Assembly (NCBI GenBank): GCA_023386965.1
Contig: JAEWIR010000039.1
Span: 856-64,855, forward strand
Length of the DNA stretch: 64,000 nt
From: Bacteroidota bacterium
Lineage (GTDB): Bacteria > Bacteroidota > Bacteroidia > Flavobacteriales > Weeksellaceae
Direction: 5' to 3'
This document shows, one piece after another, positions 38,436 to 48,753 of the stretch. Every line of letters begins with the position of its first letter. Position 1 is the stretch's first letter. A program made the position numbers and the translations under genes. Below the pieces are notes generated by a model. It did not search any database and had not been told where the DNA came from. It saw only the letters and a program-made list of their open reading frames with translations.

Positions 38436-39545
38436 ATGTTCAGAAAATACTCAATTTTAGCAATAGCAGGATTAACGCTATTTAGCTGTACACCAATATA
38501 TAAAAAGATGAATGTAGACAAACAAACGTACGAAGGTTTGAATGACGGGCTTTATGCGCACCTTCAAACCACAAAAGGGAACATGATTGTAAAACTGGAG
38601 GATGAAAAATCGCCTGTAACAGTTGCTAATTTTGTTGGCCTTGCAGAAGGTACCATTCCCAACAAGTCCAAAGGAAAAGGGGTACCTTTCTACGACGGTA
38701 CCATTTTTCACCGCGTAATTTCAGATTTTATGATCCAGGGCGGAGATCCGCAGGGAACAGGAATGGGCGACCCCGGCTATAAGTTTGCTGATGAGAAGAA
38801 CGATCTGAAACATGATGTGAAGGGTGTTCTTTCAATGGCGAACTCCGGTCCGAATACCAACGGATCTCAATTTTTCATTACTCAGGTACCAACACCCTGG
38901 CTGGACGGTAAACATACCATATTCGGGAAAGTAGTGAACGGTGTTGAAGTGATCGATACAATAGCAGCTGTAGAAAAAGGACCACAGGATAAGCCTAAAA
39001 CAGACGTTGTACTGGAGAAAGTTTCCATCTTCAGCAAAGGCGACAGCTATAAGAACTACGATGCAGCAAAACTTTTTGAAACTGGTAAGGATAAAATTCA
39101 GGAAAATAACAAGGTCTACCTTAGCAAAATGGAGGAGGAAAAGGCAAAAAAAGAAGCTGAGTTCAAAGCCAATCAGCAAAGACTGGTTGATGAGATGGCA
39201 GCCGGTATGCAAAAAACTGCTTCCGGTCTTTACTATAAGATCACTAAAACTGCTGCGGGCAAGGAGCCAAAAGCAGGTGATATGGTAGCCGTTCATTACG
39301 CCGGCCGCCTGGTGGACGGAACAGAATTCGACAGCTCTTACAAAAGAAATCAGCCACTGGAATTTCCGGTAGGAACAGGACGTGTAATAAAAGGTTGGGA
39401 CGAAGGTATCCTGATGCTTAAGGAGGGTGAATCCGCCACTTTGCTTATTCCTTCGGAACTTGCCTACGGACCGAACGGCGCAGGTGGTGTAATTCCGCCA
39501 AATGCATGGTTGGTTTTCGATGTGGAACTGGTGAAGATCAAGTAA
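38436..39545 (+). CDS. peptidyl-prolyl isomerase, cyclophilin + FKBP fusion, lipoprotein
   Basis: Lipobox LFSC; FHRVI..FMIQGGD, SMANSGPNTNGSQFFIT; VHY.G.L.DG..FDSS, VIKGWDEG. Confidence 0.93.
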   Translation: MFRKYSILAIAGLTLFSCTPIYKKMNVDKQTYEGLNDGLYAHLQTTKGNMIVKLEDEKSPVTVANFVGLAEGTIPNKSKGKGVPFYDGTIFHRVISDFMIQGGDPQGTGMGDPGYKFADEKNDLKHDVKGVLSMANSGPNTNGSQFFITQVPTPWLDGKHTIFGKVVNGVEVIDTIAAVEKGPQDKPKTDVVLEKVSIFSKGDSYKNYDAAKLFETGKDKIQENNKVYLSKMEEEKAKKEAEFKANQQRLVDEMAAGMQKTASGLYYKITKTAAGKEPKAGDMVAVHYAGRLVDGTEFDSSYKRNQPLEFPVGTGRVIKGWDEGILMLKEGESATLLIPSELAYGPNGAGGVIPPNAWLVFDVELVKIK

Positions 39546-39566
39546 TCAGAACAGAATAATACATAC

Positions 39567-39597
39567 AGGCTGTCCCGCAAGGAGACAGCCTTTTTTT
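39567..39597 (+). terminator. intrinsic terminator
   Basis: AGGCTGTC...GACAGCCT followed by a T-run. Confidence 0.75.
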
Positions 39598-39626
39598 GTT
39601 GATTAAAGATAATGAAGTTGTGTAAT

Positions 39627-41009
39627 CTACCAGTTCTGGTCGATCATATAAACCATTTGAGCCATAGCCACGGCTCCGAGGTTTAATTCACGCCGGTTTA
39701 CTTTATCAAAAGTATCCTGACTGGTATGGTGAATATCGAAATAGCGCTGCATATCCGGAACCAGTTCTGCCAAAGGTATACCCAGCTTTTTCAGTGGCGC
39801 TATGTCCTGTCCGGAAGTTTCCTGCGTAAAATCGTACACTCCGTAAGGCAGGAAAAAGTTTTTCCAGGCAAAGACCAGCCTGCGCCGCTGCGGAATCATG
39901 GCCAGTGAAATCCCGCGTGGAGAATATCCGCCGGCATCGCTCTCTATCGCAAAGATGTGTTTTTCGCCTGATTTCTTAACGGCAGCAGCATATGTCTCGC
40001 CGCCATGAACGCCGTTTTCTTCATTGGCAAAAAGAACGAAACGTAAAGTATGTCTGTTCTTGATATCAAGTTTTTTAAAGACGCGAAGTACTTCCAGTAC
40101 CTGCACCACACCTGCACCATTGTCATGTGCTCCTTCGGAAATATCCCAGGAATCCAGATGTGCACCTATCACGATGACACTGTTGTCCTTATTCCCCGGA
40201 ATTTCAGCAATCACGTTATGATTAATCTTTTCGCCTTTTGTAGCGGAGGTGGTGTTAATCTTAACCATTACAGGCTGTTTCTTAACTAACTGTTCCAGTT
40301 CATCGACGCTGCGTGCACCAATGGACAGTGCCGGAATCCTGTTCTTGTCCAGTACGTCGTAATATACACTTCCGGTATGGGGCAGATCGTCTGAAGCGGA
40401 GGTTGCCGAACGGGTAAGTACTGCTTTGGCTCCTTTGCGGCTGGCCAGAGAGGGTGTGGACCAGCGGTACTTGCCTGCAATAAGATAGGCTTCATTTGGG
40501 TTAATGATAGTTTGGTCGAACGCGTAATTAAAGAAAACAATTTTGTCCTTTACATCGCTTGGAAACATCTGTGAAAATTCTGCCAGGTCTTTAGCGAAAA
40601 TGATTTCACCGGTTAAGTCTTTTCCTCCCGTCCCTTCAGAGGTGCCCAAAGCCAGTGCCGGTATGCTTTTCCAGTTCCCGCCCGCCGTTTTTATCTGAAC
40701 GCTTTCGCGGCCGCGCTCCCAAACAGGCACCATCACATCCTGTCTGCGAATATTGGAACCGCCGTTCTCTGCAAATTTTTTTTCGGCCCAAACAACAGCT
40801 TTGTCGTAGGCGGGCGTCGCGGCAAAGCGGGGGCCAATTCCTTTCACAAGTTCGCGCAGGTTCTCATACGCATTGCTGTTCAGCATAATTTCATCGGAAA
40901 TCCTGCGGAATTCGCCGGCGAAATCCGTTTTGGGCTGGGATGAAGGCTTACGCTGAGAAAATAAAATTCCACCCAAAAAGAGTGGAATGATTATTAGGGT
41001 TTTCTTCAT
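39627..41009 (-). CDS. M28 family peptidase (carboxypeptidase Q-like, PA domain)
   Basis: GAHLDSWD..EGAHDNGAG, NEENG, ESD.G, YFD.HH. Confidence 0.88.
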   Translation of the reverse strand: MKKTLIIIPLFLGGILFSQRKPSSQPKTDFAGEFRRISDEIMLNSNAYENLRELVKGIGPRFAATPAYDKAVVWAEKKFAENGGSNIRRQDVMVPVWERGRESVQIKTAGGNWKSIPALALGTSEGTGGKDLTGEIIFAKDLAEFSQMFPSDVKDKIVFFNYAFDQTIINPNEAYLIAGKYRWSTPSLASRKGAKAVLTRSATSASDDLPHTGSVYYDVLDKNRIPALSIGARSVDELEQLVKKQPVMVKINTTSATKGEKINHNVIAEIPGNKDNSVIVIGAHLDSWDISEGAHDNGAGVVQVLEVLRVFKKLDIKNRHTLRFVLFANEENGVHGGETYAAAVKKSGEKHIFAIESDAGGYSPRGISLAMIPQRRRLVFAWKNFFLPYGVYDFTQETSGQDIAPLKKLGIPLAELVPDMQRYFDIHHTSQDTFDKVNRRELNLGAVAMAQMVYMIDQNW

Positions 41010-41043
41010 TTTTATTTCCTTTCAGGACTCAAAAATAAGAAAT

Positions 41044-42285
41044 TTACTTCATGTCATACATGACCAGCGCTGTAATGAGTTTGGGCTCAATGTACGTGCA
41101 TTTGGGCGGCATGCTGATCCGGTTATCCGAAATTTTAAGCATTTCATTGAAGCTGACAGGATATACCCCGAATCCGATCTGACCTTCATGCAGGTCAACT
41201 TCGGCTTTCATTTTTAATATGCCCTCTACGGAGGAGTTTCCTTTCACATATCTTATCTGCTCTGAGCTGTCGGTATTTTCTATTCCGAGGATGTCTCTTA
41301 ATATATATTTGTCCAGCAGATGGTGGTCCAGGTTGTCTTTGGAAATCTCGGGATTGCGTAAACTGTGCTTCACATGCAGGGAGTAGAACAGCCCGTCCAT
41401 ATACATTGAAATATGAAATTTCTGCGAAGGATAGTACGGTTCTTCACCTTTAACATGAATATCAAAACACTGTTCCAGTTTCGCTAAAATCTCCTCTGAC
41501 GAAAGTCCGTTACGGTCTTTAACGATCCGGTTGTAATCATGAATTTTAATGGACTGGTTGGAAACAATGAAGCTGAAAATATAGTTGTAGGGCTCTGTAC
41601 CTTTATGCTTCTTATTTTTCTCCTTATGATTTCTGGCGTTCAGAGCGGTGGAACCTATACGGTGATGCCCGTCGGCAATGTAGAAAGAGTCTATCTGCTC
41701 CAGCACTTCCTTAAACTGCTGCATTTTCAGGCGGTTGTCTATTTTCCAAACCTTATGACGAATGCCTCGGCTGTCATAATAATTAAGCAGGGGAACATTC
41801 TTTTCCTCATGATTCATCAGGAGTTCAACTTTCGAATTGGCCGGATAAGTCAGGAGTACGGGTTCCGCCTGCAGACCCACTTTGTCCAGGTATTGGGCAA
41901 GTTTTTCTTTCTTTTGCGGAATGGTGCTTTCGTGCCTCTTGATTTTCCCGTCCCAGAAATCCTCTACGGAGACCAGGCCGAGCAGACCGCGGAAGACGGT
42001 TTTGTCGGGTTTGATCTGCTCATACAAATAATAAGAGGAGGCGTCCTGTATGAGTTTCTTATCCTCCAGGAGTTCTTCGAAATTGGTCCTTATTTTCCTG
42101 AGGTTGCGGTCTATATCTTTGGATTTACTCACCACATACGGTTTGATCATCTGTACGTAGGAAAAGTCCTCCTGCGCTTTTCTGTTGATTTCTTCCTGTG
42201 TAAAATTGTCCAGCGGATGCGTTGGAAATACATCCAGATAGTCTTGGTGCGGACGTATGCCGCGAAAAGGTTTAAATATCGGCAT
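41044..42285 (-). CDS. DUF1015 family protein
   Basis: KPFRG.RP, IKRHE.T, YIADGHHR, MPPK.T..EPK. Usual neighbour of serC/serA. Confidence 0.88.
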   Translation of the reverse strand: MPIFKPFRGIRPHQDYLDVFPTHPLDNFTQEEINRKAQEDFSYVQMIKPYVVSKSKDIDRNLRKIRTNFEELLEDKKLIQDASSYYLYEQIKPDKTVFRGLLGLVSVEDFWDGKIKRHESTIPQKKEKLAQYLDKVGLQAEPVLLTYPANSKVELLMNHEEKNVPLLNYYDSRGIRHKVWKIDNRLKMQQFKEVLEQIDSFYIADGHHRIGSTALNARNHKEKNKKHKGTEPYNYIFSFIVSNQSIKIHDYNRIVKDRNGLSSEEILAKLEQCFDIHVKGEEPYYPSQKFHISMYMDGLFYSLHVKHSLRNPEISKDNLDHHLLDKYILRDILGIENTDSSEQIRYVKGNSSVEGILKMKAEVDLHEGQIGFGVYPVSFNEMLKISDNRISMPPKCTYIEPKLITALVMYDMK

Positions 42286-42287
42286 CG

Positions 42288-43250
42288 TTAGGCAATTGAG
42301 TTCTTAATTGCGATGATCTGCTGCGCCAGTTCAGTGCCAATCTTTTCCTGTGCGTCCAGTGTATTACCTCCAAGGTGAGGTGTGAGCGAAAGATTTGGAT
42401 TCATCAGTAACGGCAGTTCAGGTGTAGGTTCGTTTTCAAAAACGTCCAGGGCTGCTCCTGCAATCTTGCCGGATTCTATGAAATCCAGAAGCGTTACTTC
42501 ATTTACAACACCACCTCTGGCAGTATTCACGATATAAACACCGTCTTTCATCATCTCAAACTGAGGTGTATCCAGTACATAGCCCTCTGTTTTTGGCGTA
42601 TTGATGCTGATGAAATCGGTGTCTTTCAGGAATTCAGCATAATCTGTTGTCGAAGTAATCTCAAAACTTACAGTTTGGCCGTCAAAAAAGGTCAGGGTGA
42701 GTTTTTCCGTACGTGGCTTTCTGGTAAGTACCTTCACCTTCATTCCAAGGGAAATTCCCATCTTCACCACTTCCTGACCGATACCGCCAAAACCGATTAC
42801 TCCCAGAGTCTTCCCTTCAAGCTCGATGGCGTTGCCGTATGATTTCTTGAGTGCATTAAACTGTGTATCACCTTCCAGCGGCATCATCCGGTTGGACTCG
42901 TGCAGAAATCTTGCAAGGCTGAAGAAGTGGGCAAAAACGAGTTCGGCAACAGAACGTGAAGATGCGTTAGGTGTATTGATTACGTACAGACCTTTTTCAA
43001 TTGCATATTCAACATCAATATTATCCATGCCTACGCCGCCGCGTCCTATTATCTTCAGTGTGGGGCAGGCATCAATGAGGTTCTGTCTTACTTTTGTGGC
43101 GCTGCGCACCAATAGCACGTCCACCTTATTCTCCTTAATAAAGCCGGTAAGATGTTCCTGTGACACTCTGGCATCTAAAAGCTCAATACCGTTTTCCTTC
43201 AGTTTATTTTCTCCTGCCTTGGAAATTCCGTCGTTAGCTAAAACTATCAT
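42288..43250 (-). CDS. serA: D-3-phosphoglycerate dehydrogenase (D-2-hydroxyacid dehydrogenase)
   Basis: VRSATKV, GRGGVGMDNID, GVIGFGGIG, NTARGG, LDVFE.EP, TPHLG. Confidence 0.88.
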   Translation of the reverse strand: MIVLANDGISKAGENKLKENGIELLDARVSQEHLTGFIKENKVDVLLVRSATKVRQNLIDACPTLKIIGRGGVGMDNIDVEYAIEKGLYVINTPNASSRSVAELVFAHFFSLARFLHESNRMMPLEGDTQFNALKKSYGNAIELEGKTLGVIGFGGIGQEVVKMGISLGMKVKVLTRKPRTEKLTLTFFDGQTVSFEITSTTDYAEFLKDTDFISINTPKTEGYVLDTPQFEMMKDGVYIVNTARGGVVNEVTLLDFIESGKIAGAALDVFENEPTPELPLLMNPNLSLTPHLGGNTLDAQEKIGTELAQQIIAIKNSIA

Positions 43251-43290
43251 AATTCTTGGAAATTAGAGGGTAAGTTTAAAATTTATTGGT

Positions 43291-44352
43291 CTACAGGGCT
43301 TTCATTACATCAACAAGCACCTGTACACTTTCCAAAGGCATTGCATTGTACATGCTGGCACGGTATCCGCCCAGACTTCGGTGGCCGTTCAGTCCGCTGA
43401 TGCCGGCTGCCTTCCAGGCAGTATCGAACTGTTCCTTTTTGGATTCGTCCACAAGTTTGAATGAAACATTCATCACTGAGCGGTCTTCAGGAACGCAGAA
43501 GGTTTCAAAGAGCGGATTTCTGTCAATTTCATTATACAGCAGTTCGGCTTTTGCGTTGTTTCGGGCCTCCGCCGCGGCTATGCCGCCGTTGTTCTCCAGA
43601 TGCTGAAGGGTGAGGAGGGTAGCATATACAGGGAAAACCGGTGGAGTATTGTACATGGATTCTTTGGAGATATGCTGCTCATAATCGAGGATGGAAGGAA
43701 TGTCGCGACCAGTTTTACCCAGTATACTTTTCTTAACAACTACAAGTGTAACACCGGCAGGACCCATATTTTTCTGAGCACCGGCATAGATCAGGTCAAA
43801 TTGGGAATAATCTACCACACTGGAGAAGATGTCAGAACTCATATCGCAAACCATCAGTGTATCCACTTTTGGAAATTCTTTCATCTGAGTTCCGTAAATA
43901 GTATTGTTGGATGTGCAGTGGAAGTAATCATAACTGCTGTCTGCCTTATAGTCTTTTGGAATAAACGAATAATTGGACTCTTTGGATGATCCGATCACAT
44001 CTACAGTTCCGAATTTCTTTGCCTCCTTAATTGCTCCGGCTGCCCATGTCCCCGTATCCAGGTAGGCGGCTTTTCCGTTTTCAGACTTCATCAGGTTAAA
44101 GGGCACCATAGCAAACTGCAGGCTGGCACCGCCACCCAGATAAAGAACCTCATAATCGTCGCCCAAATTCATCAGTCTTTTTACGATGGCCCTTGCTTCG
44201 TCCATTACCGCTACGAATTCTTTGCTGCGGTGTGAGATTTCAAGGAGTGAAAGGCCCATTCCGTTAAAGTCCAGAACGGCTTCTGCTGATTTGGTGAAAA
44301 CTTCCTGAGGTAAGATGCAGGGTCCTGCACTGAAGTTATGTTTTTTCATCAT
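43291..44352 (-). CDS. serC: phosphoserine aminotransferase
   Basis: NFSAGP, EISHRS, GGASLQF, AGAQKN.GPAG, NTPP, GHRSLGGYRAS.YNA. Confidence 0.97.
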   Translation of the reverse strand: MMKKHNFSAGPCILPQEVFTKSAEAVLDFNGMGLSLLEISHRSKEFVAVMDEARAIVKRLMNLGDDYEVLYLGGGASLQFAMVPFNLMKSENGKAAYLDTGTWAAGAIKEAKKFGTVDVIGSSKESNYSFIPKDYKADSSYDYFHCTSNNTIYGTQMKEFPKVDTLMVCDMSSDIFSSVVDYSQFDLIYAGAQKNMGPAGVTLVVVKKSILGKTGRDIPSILDYEQHISKESMYNTPPVFPVYATLLTLQHLENNGGIAAAEARNNAKAELLYNEIDRNPLFETFCVPEDRSVMNVSFKLVDESKKEQFDTAWKAAGISGLNGHRSLGGYRASMYNAMPLESVQVLVDVMKAL

Positions 44353-44405
44353 TTAGTATTTTTGGTTGTGTATTTTTGAGTTTGTTAAATTCTGGAATGG
44401 GCTGT

Positions 44406-44439
44406 AAAAAAAAGCCCATCAAAAATGAGCGGGCTTTTT
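44406..44439 (-). terminator. terminator after ferredoxin
   Basis: AAAAAAAAGCCC...GGGCTTTTT. Confidence 0.65.
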
Positions 44440-44440
44440 A

Positions 44441-44791
44441 TTATTCTCCGTGTAAGAAGGCTTTTTTCTCCAGTAAACTTTCTTCAGACTCTACATGGTC
44501 CTCATCCGGTATGCAGCAGTCTACCGGGCAAACGGCAGCACACTGCGGCTCCTCATGGAAACCAATACATTCGGTGCACTTATCCGTTACAATAAAGTAA
44601 ACATCATCACTTACCGGTTCCTGGGGTGCATCAGCATCAACAGTGAGACCGGACTTTAACACTACGCGGCCGGATAGGGAAGTTCCTTCGGAGGCCTTCC
44701 AGTCTACCGCTCCTTCATAAATTGCATTATTAGGGCATTCCGGTTCACAGGCGCCACAATTTATACATTCATCAGTTATTTTGATAGCCAT
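44441..44791 (-). CDS. 4Fe-4S dicluster ferredoxin
   Basis: CINCGACEPECP and CTEC.G....PQCAAVCP. Confidence 0.92.
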   Translation of the reverse strand: MAIKITDECINCGACEPECPNNAIYEGAVDWKASEGTSLSGRVVLKSGLTVDADAPQEPVSDDVYFIVTDKCTECIGFHEEPQCAAVCPVDCCIPDEDHVESEESLLEKKAFLHGE

Positions 44792-45015
44792 AGCTATTGC
44801 TTATTTTAAATTTGGTGCAAAGTTACGAAAAAATAGCGCATGCTGAGGGGGAAAACCGCAGTGTAAAACTGATTTTTCACCAGTATTACGAGCGAATTTC
44901 ACCAGGATGAATCTTCTACTATGAAATGGGAGGTCTGCTTCCGTAAGGTTCGGCTTAAATTGGTTAATTTTGCAGCCGGAATGGGTTGGAACGATCTGCC
45001 CACAATAATATTTAT

Positions 45016-46050
45016 ATGAATCAAGAGATGCAGATTGCGGGACTTTGCGCAGTCGGAAGATATATTGAAGATTTCCTGAATAAAGATCAGGCTACCTTTA
45101 ACGAAACAGATCTGGAATTTGAAACTGTACTGAGAAGATCAGAAAACGAAAATCCGTGGTTTACACAGGAAAATCAGCGTTTCGCACTGAAACAGTGGAG
45201 TTCACTTCTCACCGAAGCAAAATTAAGGACATGGCTCTCGGCCTACCGTTGGTCTGCACAGCCCAAAAGGGTTGGTCTTATTCTGGCAGGAAATATACCT
45301 ATGGTTGGCTTTCATGATGTACTGGCCGTTGTGCTTAGTAATCATATTCCCGTAATCAAATTATCATCCAAGGACAGACAGATGCTCCCATTCCTGCTTC
45401 GTTTGTGGAATGAGAAGTCGGGTGGTGAGCTTCAATATGAAACAGTAGAAACACTTCAGGATTTTGATGCTGTCATTGCCACGGGCAGCAACAATACCGC
45501 AAGATATCTCGAATACTATTTCAGGGACCACCTGAGTATCATCCGTAAAAACAGGACCTCCGTAGCGGTTTTGAAAGGAGATGAGACTGATGAAGAACTT
45601 CAGCTTCTGGCTGAGGATATTTTCCGCTATTACGGTCTGGGATGCCGTAATGTGACACGCATACTGATGCCCGACGGTTTTATGGTAGACAGGCTATTTG
45701 AAAATTTTATTGGTTTCAGTGAAGTCATTAACCATAATAAATACGCTAATAATTACGAGTACAACCGGGCGGTTTACCTGCTGAATCTTGAAAAATTCTG
45801 GGACAACAATTTCGTGATGCTGAAGGAAGATGACAAACTGTTCTCGCCACTTTCAGTGATCAATGTGTCGCGCTATTCTGATCCGGATGAAGTGAAAGAA
45901 TTCCTGGCCGCTAATGAGCAGGATATTCAGGCCGTGGTGGCTAAGGCAGAACTGGGACTGAACTCAATAGGGTTCGGAGAGGCACAGAATCCCGGTTTGG
46001 ACACCTATGCGGACAATGTTGATACGATGCGCTTTCTGGAGGTTATATAA
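45016..46050 (+). CDS. acyl-CoA reductase (LuxC-like)
   Basis: NPWFT, AGNIP.VGFHD, VIATGSNN, YYGLGCRNV. Promoter TAATTTTG at 44965-44972. Confidence 0.82.
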   Translation: MNQEMQIAGLCAVGRYIEDFLNKDQATFNETDLEFETVLRRSENENPWFTQENQRFALKQWSSLLTEAKLRTWLSAYRWSAQPKRVGLILAGNIPMVGFHDVLAVVLSNHIPVIKLSSKDRQMLPFLLRLWNEKSGGELQYETVETLQDFDAVIATGSNNTARYLEYYFRDHLSIIRKNRTSVAVLKGDETDEELQLLAEDIFRYYGLGCRNVTRILMPDGFMVDRLFENFIGFSEVINHNKYANNYEYNRAVYLLNLEKFWDNNFVMLKEDDKLFSPLSVINVSRYSDPDEVKEFLAANEQDIQAVVAKAELGLNSIGFGEAQNPGLDTYADNVDTMRFLEVI

Positions 46051-46071
46051 GTAAATTGCAGTTGATCAATG

Positions 46072-46109
46072 AAAAAGGACCTCAGCAAACGCTGAAGTCC
46101 TTTCTTTTT
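46072..46109. terminator. bidirectional terminator
   Basis: AAAGGAC.TCAGC-aaac-GCTGA.GTCCTTT. Confidence 0.7.
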
Positions 46110-46123
46110 ATTCTGGAAATAAT

Positions 46124-46372
46124 TTATTTATCGATGGAGCCCATCACTTTCTGGGCAAAACTGTTCAGTGCATCTTTCTCGCTCATACCGTTTTTAACAT
46201 TGGCATGCGCTTCCAGAGCTCCGCAGATGTTGGTAATAAGTTCACCCACTACATTAAGATCCTCCTCGGAAGTACCTCTGAATTCTGAAAAAGATTCCAG
46301 GACCTCCAGTGTGGCCTCCAGATTTTCCGGAGTCTGGTTCTGGTAGAACTGTCTGATTACAGGTAGTTTCAT
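46124..46372 (-). CDS. conserved Bacteroidota small protein
   Basis: MKLPVI...GELITN..GALE...ALN.F..KV.GSIDK, translationally coupled to thioredoxin. Confidence 0.75.
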   Translation of the reverse strand: MKLPVIRQFYQNQTPENLEATLEVLESFSEFRGTSEEDLNVVGELITNICGALEAHANVKNGMSEKDALNSFAQKVMGSIDK

Positions 46373-46680
46373 TATGCTAATTCTTTAAAGAGGTTAATAA
46401 GGCTGTCCTGCTGGTTAGTCTGTACCTGATTAACAAGTTCTCCGCCTTTGAACACTGCGAAAGTAGGCAGGTTGTCCACCTTAGCTAACTTTCGGCTTTC
46501 CGGTAATTTCTCCGCATCTACGTAATAAAACGGAATGTCTTCGTTTTCAGAAGCCAGTTTTTTGAACTTAGGCTTCATAATCCGGCAGTTACCGCACCAG
46601 GTGGCGCCATACTGCACGACTACTTTGTCGTGTTCTGCAATTTTTTCCTGAAGGATGTCTTCAGTTAGTTCTGTATACAT
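46372..46680 (-). CDS. thioredoxin family protein
   Basis: WCGNC active site, cis-Pro LPTF. Confidence 0.9.
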   Translation of the reverse strand: MYTELTEDILQEKIAEHDKVVVQYGATWCGNCRIMKPKFKKLASENEDIPFYYVDAEKLPESRKLAKVDNLPTFAVFKGGELVNQVQTNQQDSLINLFKELA

Positions 46681-46700
46681 GTCTTCAAAAATTTTAAATA

Positions 46701-47339
46701 TTAGTTCTGGTGTTTTGCCAGGTATTCTGCAGTAGATTCGCGGTTGGCGTTCATTGCCTCCTTACCTTCTTCCCAGTTGGCTGGGCAAACTTCACCATGT
46801 TTCTGTACGTGTGTGTAAGCATCGATAAGTCTGATGTATTCCTTTACATTTCTGCCAAGAGGCATATCGTTCACGGACTCATGGAAAATTTTCCCTGTTT
46901 CATCTACAAGGTAAGTTGCTCTGTAGGTTACATTGGAACCTGTGAAAGTCTCGTTACCTTCTTCATCATATTCAAAATCCTGGTCCACAATTCCCAAAGT
47001 GTTGGCCAGCTGGCGGTGGGTATCGGCCAGAATCGGATAGGTTACCCCTTCAATTCCTCCGTTTTCTTTTGCTGTGTTCAGCCAGGCAAAGTGAACTTCA
47101 TTGGTGTCGCAGGAAGCACCGATCACTCTTGTATTCCTTTTTTCAAATTCACCCAGCGCATCCTGGAATGCGTGTAATTCTGTAGGGCAAACGAAAGTAA
47201 AATCTTTAGGGTACCAGAAAAGCAGGATCTTCTCATTGTTTTTTGTTGCTTCTTCAAAAATATTGATCTTCAGATCATCACCCATTTCAGACATCGCATC
47301 TACTGTAATGCTTGGAAATTTTTTTCCTACTAATGACAT
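46701..47339 (-). CDS. ahpC: 2-Cys peroxiredoxin (AhpC/TSA)
   Basis: YPKDFTFVCPTE, GRN, GEVCPANW. Promoter TACATTTG at 47375-47382(-). Confidence 0.92.
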   Translation of the reverse strand: MSLVGKKFPSITVDAMSEMGDDLKINIFEEATKNNEKILLFWYPKDFTFVCPTELHAFQDALGEFEKRNTRVIGASCDTNEVHFAWLNTAKENGGIEGVTYPILADTHRQLANTLGIVDQDFEYDEEGNETFTGSNVTYRATYLVDETGKIFHESVNDMPLGRNVKEYIRLIDAYTHVQKHGEVCPANWEEGKEAMNANRESTAEYLAKHQN

Positions 47340-47437
47340 AATTTTAATTATTTATTGTTGTTAATTTCGTAATACAAATGTACGCAGTTTTGTCTATTAA
47401 AACAACAGGTATTCATTTATAAAAACTATCAAGGTGA

Positions 47438-48661
47438 TTAGGAAGCATTTATTTCTTCTACTGAACCGATCACGGATTCCTCCAGGCACTTTTTAATCCG
47501 GCGCATTGATTCTTTTAGATCGTGTTCTGAAGCTGCGTAGGAAAATCTGAGACATTCAGGGCTGCCGAAAGATACGCCGCCGACAGAGCCCACATGTGCG
47601 TTCTCCAGAAGATACATGGCAAGGTCGTCTGAATTTTCAATTTTTTGTCCGTTCAGTGTTTTACCGATGTAATAGGACACATCCGGAAACAGGTAGAAAG
47701 CTGATTTGGGTAGAAGAACTTTGAAGCCCGGTATTTCTTTCATCAAATCATAAAAGAGATCCCTTCTTTTGCGGAATTCCTCAATCATATATTTATAATC
47801 TGTAGGATTTGTTTCCAGGGCAGTAATTGCCGCACGCTGCGCCACTGTATTGGGTCCGCTTGTCATCTGTCCCTGTATTTTCTCACAGGCACGGGCCAGC
47901 CATTCAGGACACGCGGAGTAACCTATGCGCCAACCTGTCATGGCAAAACCTTTGGACATACCGTTGATCACCGCTACCTGATCGTAAATCTCGTCGAAGG
48001 CTGCAATTGATTTGGTGATAGTTTCGTAGTTGATGTATTCATAAATCTCATCGGAAATCACGGTGATTTGCGGGTGTTTGGCAATGACTTCAGCCAGCGA
48101 GCGTAACTCATCATAAGTATAATAACTTCCCGAGGGGTTACATGGTGAACTGTACAGCAGGACCTTAGTGCGCGGAGTAATCGCTTCTTCAAGCTGTTCT
48201 GCCGTAATCTTGAAATCGTTCTCGTAGGCGGTGTTAATGATGACCGAGGTGCCATCCATCATTTTCACCATTTCATCATAGCTCACCCAAAAAGGTGCGG
48301 GCAGGATTACTTCGTCTCCCTCGTTCAGTACGGCAGCAAGTACGTTAAGGATGGCTTGCTTGGCACCGTTGGACACGCAGATCTGGGTAGGTTTATAGTT
48401 CAGGTTGTTGTCGCGCTTAAGTTTTGCGGCAATTGCCTCCCTAAGTTCCAGAAAACCGGGTACCGGCGAATAATGACTGTAGTTCTGGTCGATGGCATCG
48501 TGTGCAGCCTGTTTTATATTTTCCGGCACATCAAAATCAGGTTCACCCAGGGTGAGGCTTATGACGTCGGTGCCGTTTGCACGCATTTCGCGTGCCTTAT
48601 TACTCATTACAAATGTTTGGGAATAGCCCAGGCGTTTAAGCCGGTTGGATAGTCTGTCCAT
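47438..48661 (-). CDS. aspartate aminotransferase family (class I/II PLP)
   Basis: LGEPDF, NGAKQA, SPCNPSG, SDEIY, NGMSK.FAMTGWRIG. Confidence 0.9.
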   Translation of the reverse strand: MDRLSNRLKRLGYSQTFVMSNKAREMRANGTDVISLTLGEPDFDVPENIKQAAHDAIDQNYSHYSPVPGFLELREAIAAKLKRDNNLNYKPTQICVSNGAKQAILNVLAAVLNEGDEVILPAPFWVSYDEMVKMMDGTSVIINTAYENDFKITAEQLEEAITPRTKVLLYSSPCNPSGSYYTYDELRSLAEVIAKHPQITVISDEIYEYINYETITKSIAAFDEIYDQVAVINGMSKGFAMTGWRIGYSACPEWLARACEKIQGQMTSGPNTVAQRAAITALETNPTDYKYMIEEFRKRRDLFYDLMKEIPGFKVLLPKSAFYLFPDVSYYIGKTLNGQKIENSDDLAMYLLENAHVGSVGGVSFGSPECLRFSYAASEHDLKESMRRIKKCLEESVIGSVEEINAS

Positions 48662-48753
48662 TGGAAATTTTGTGGTTCATACAAAGATAGGCTTTGTAAA
48701 TTATTTTGCCGGCCGCAAAAGGAAAAGTATTTTTGTGCGAAGAATATAAAAAA

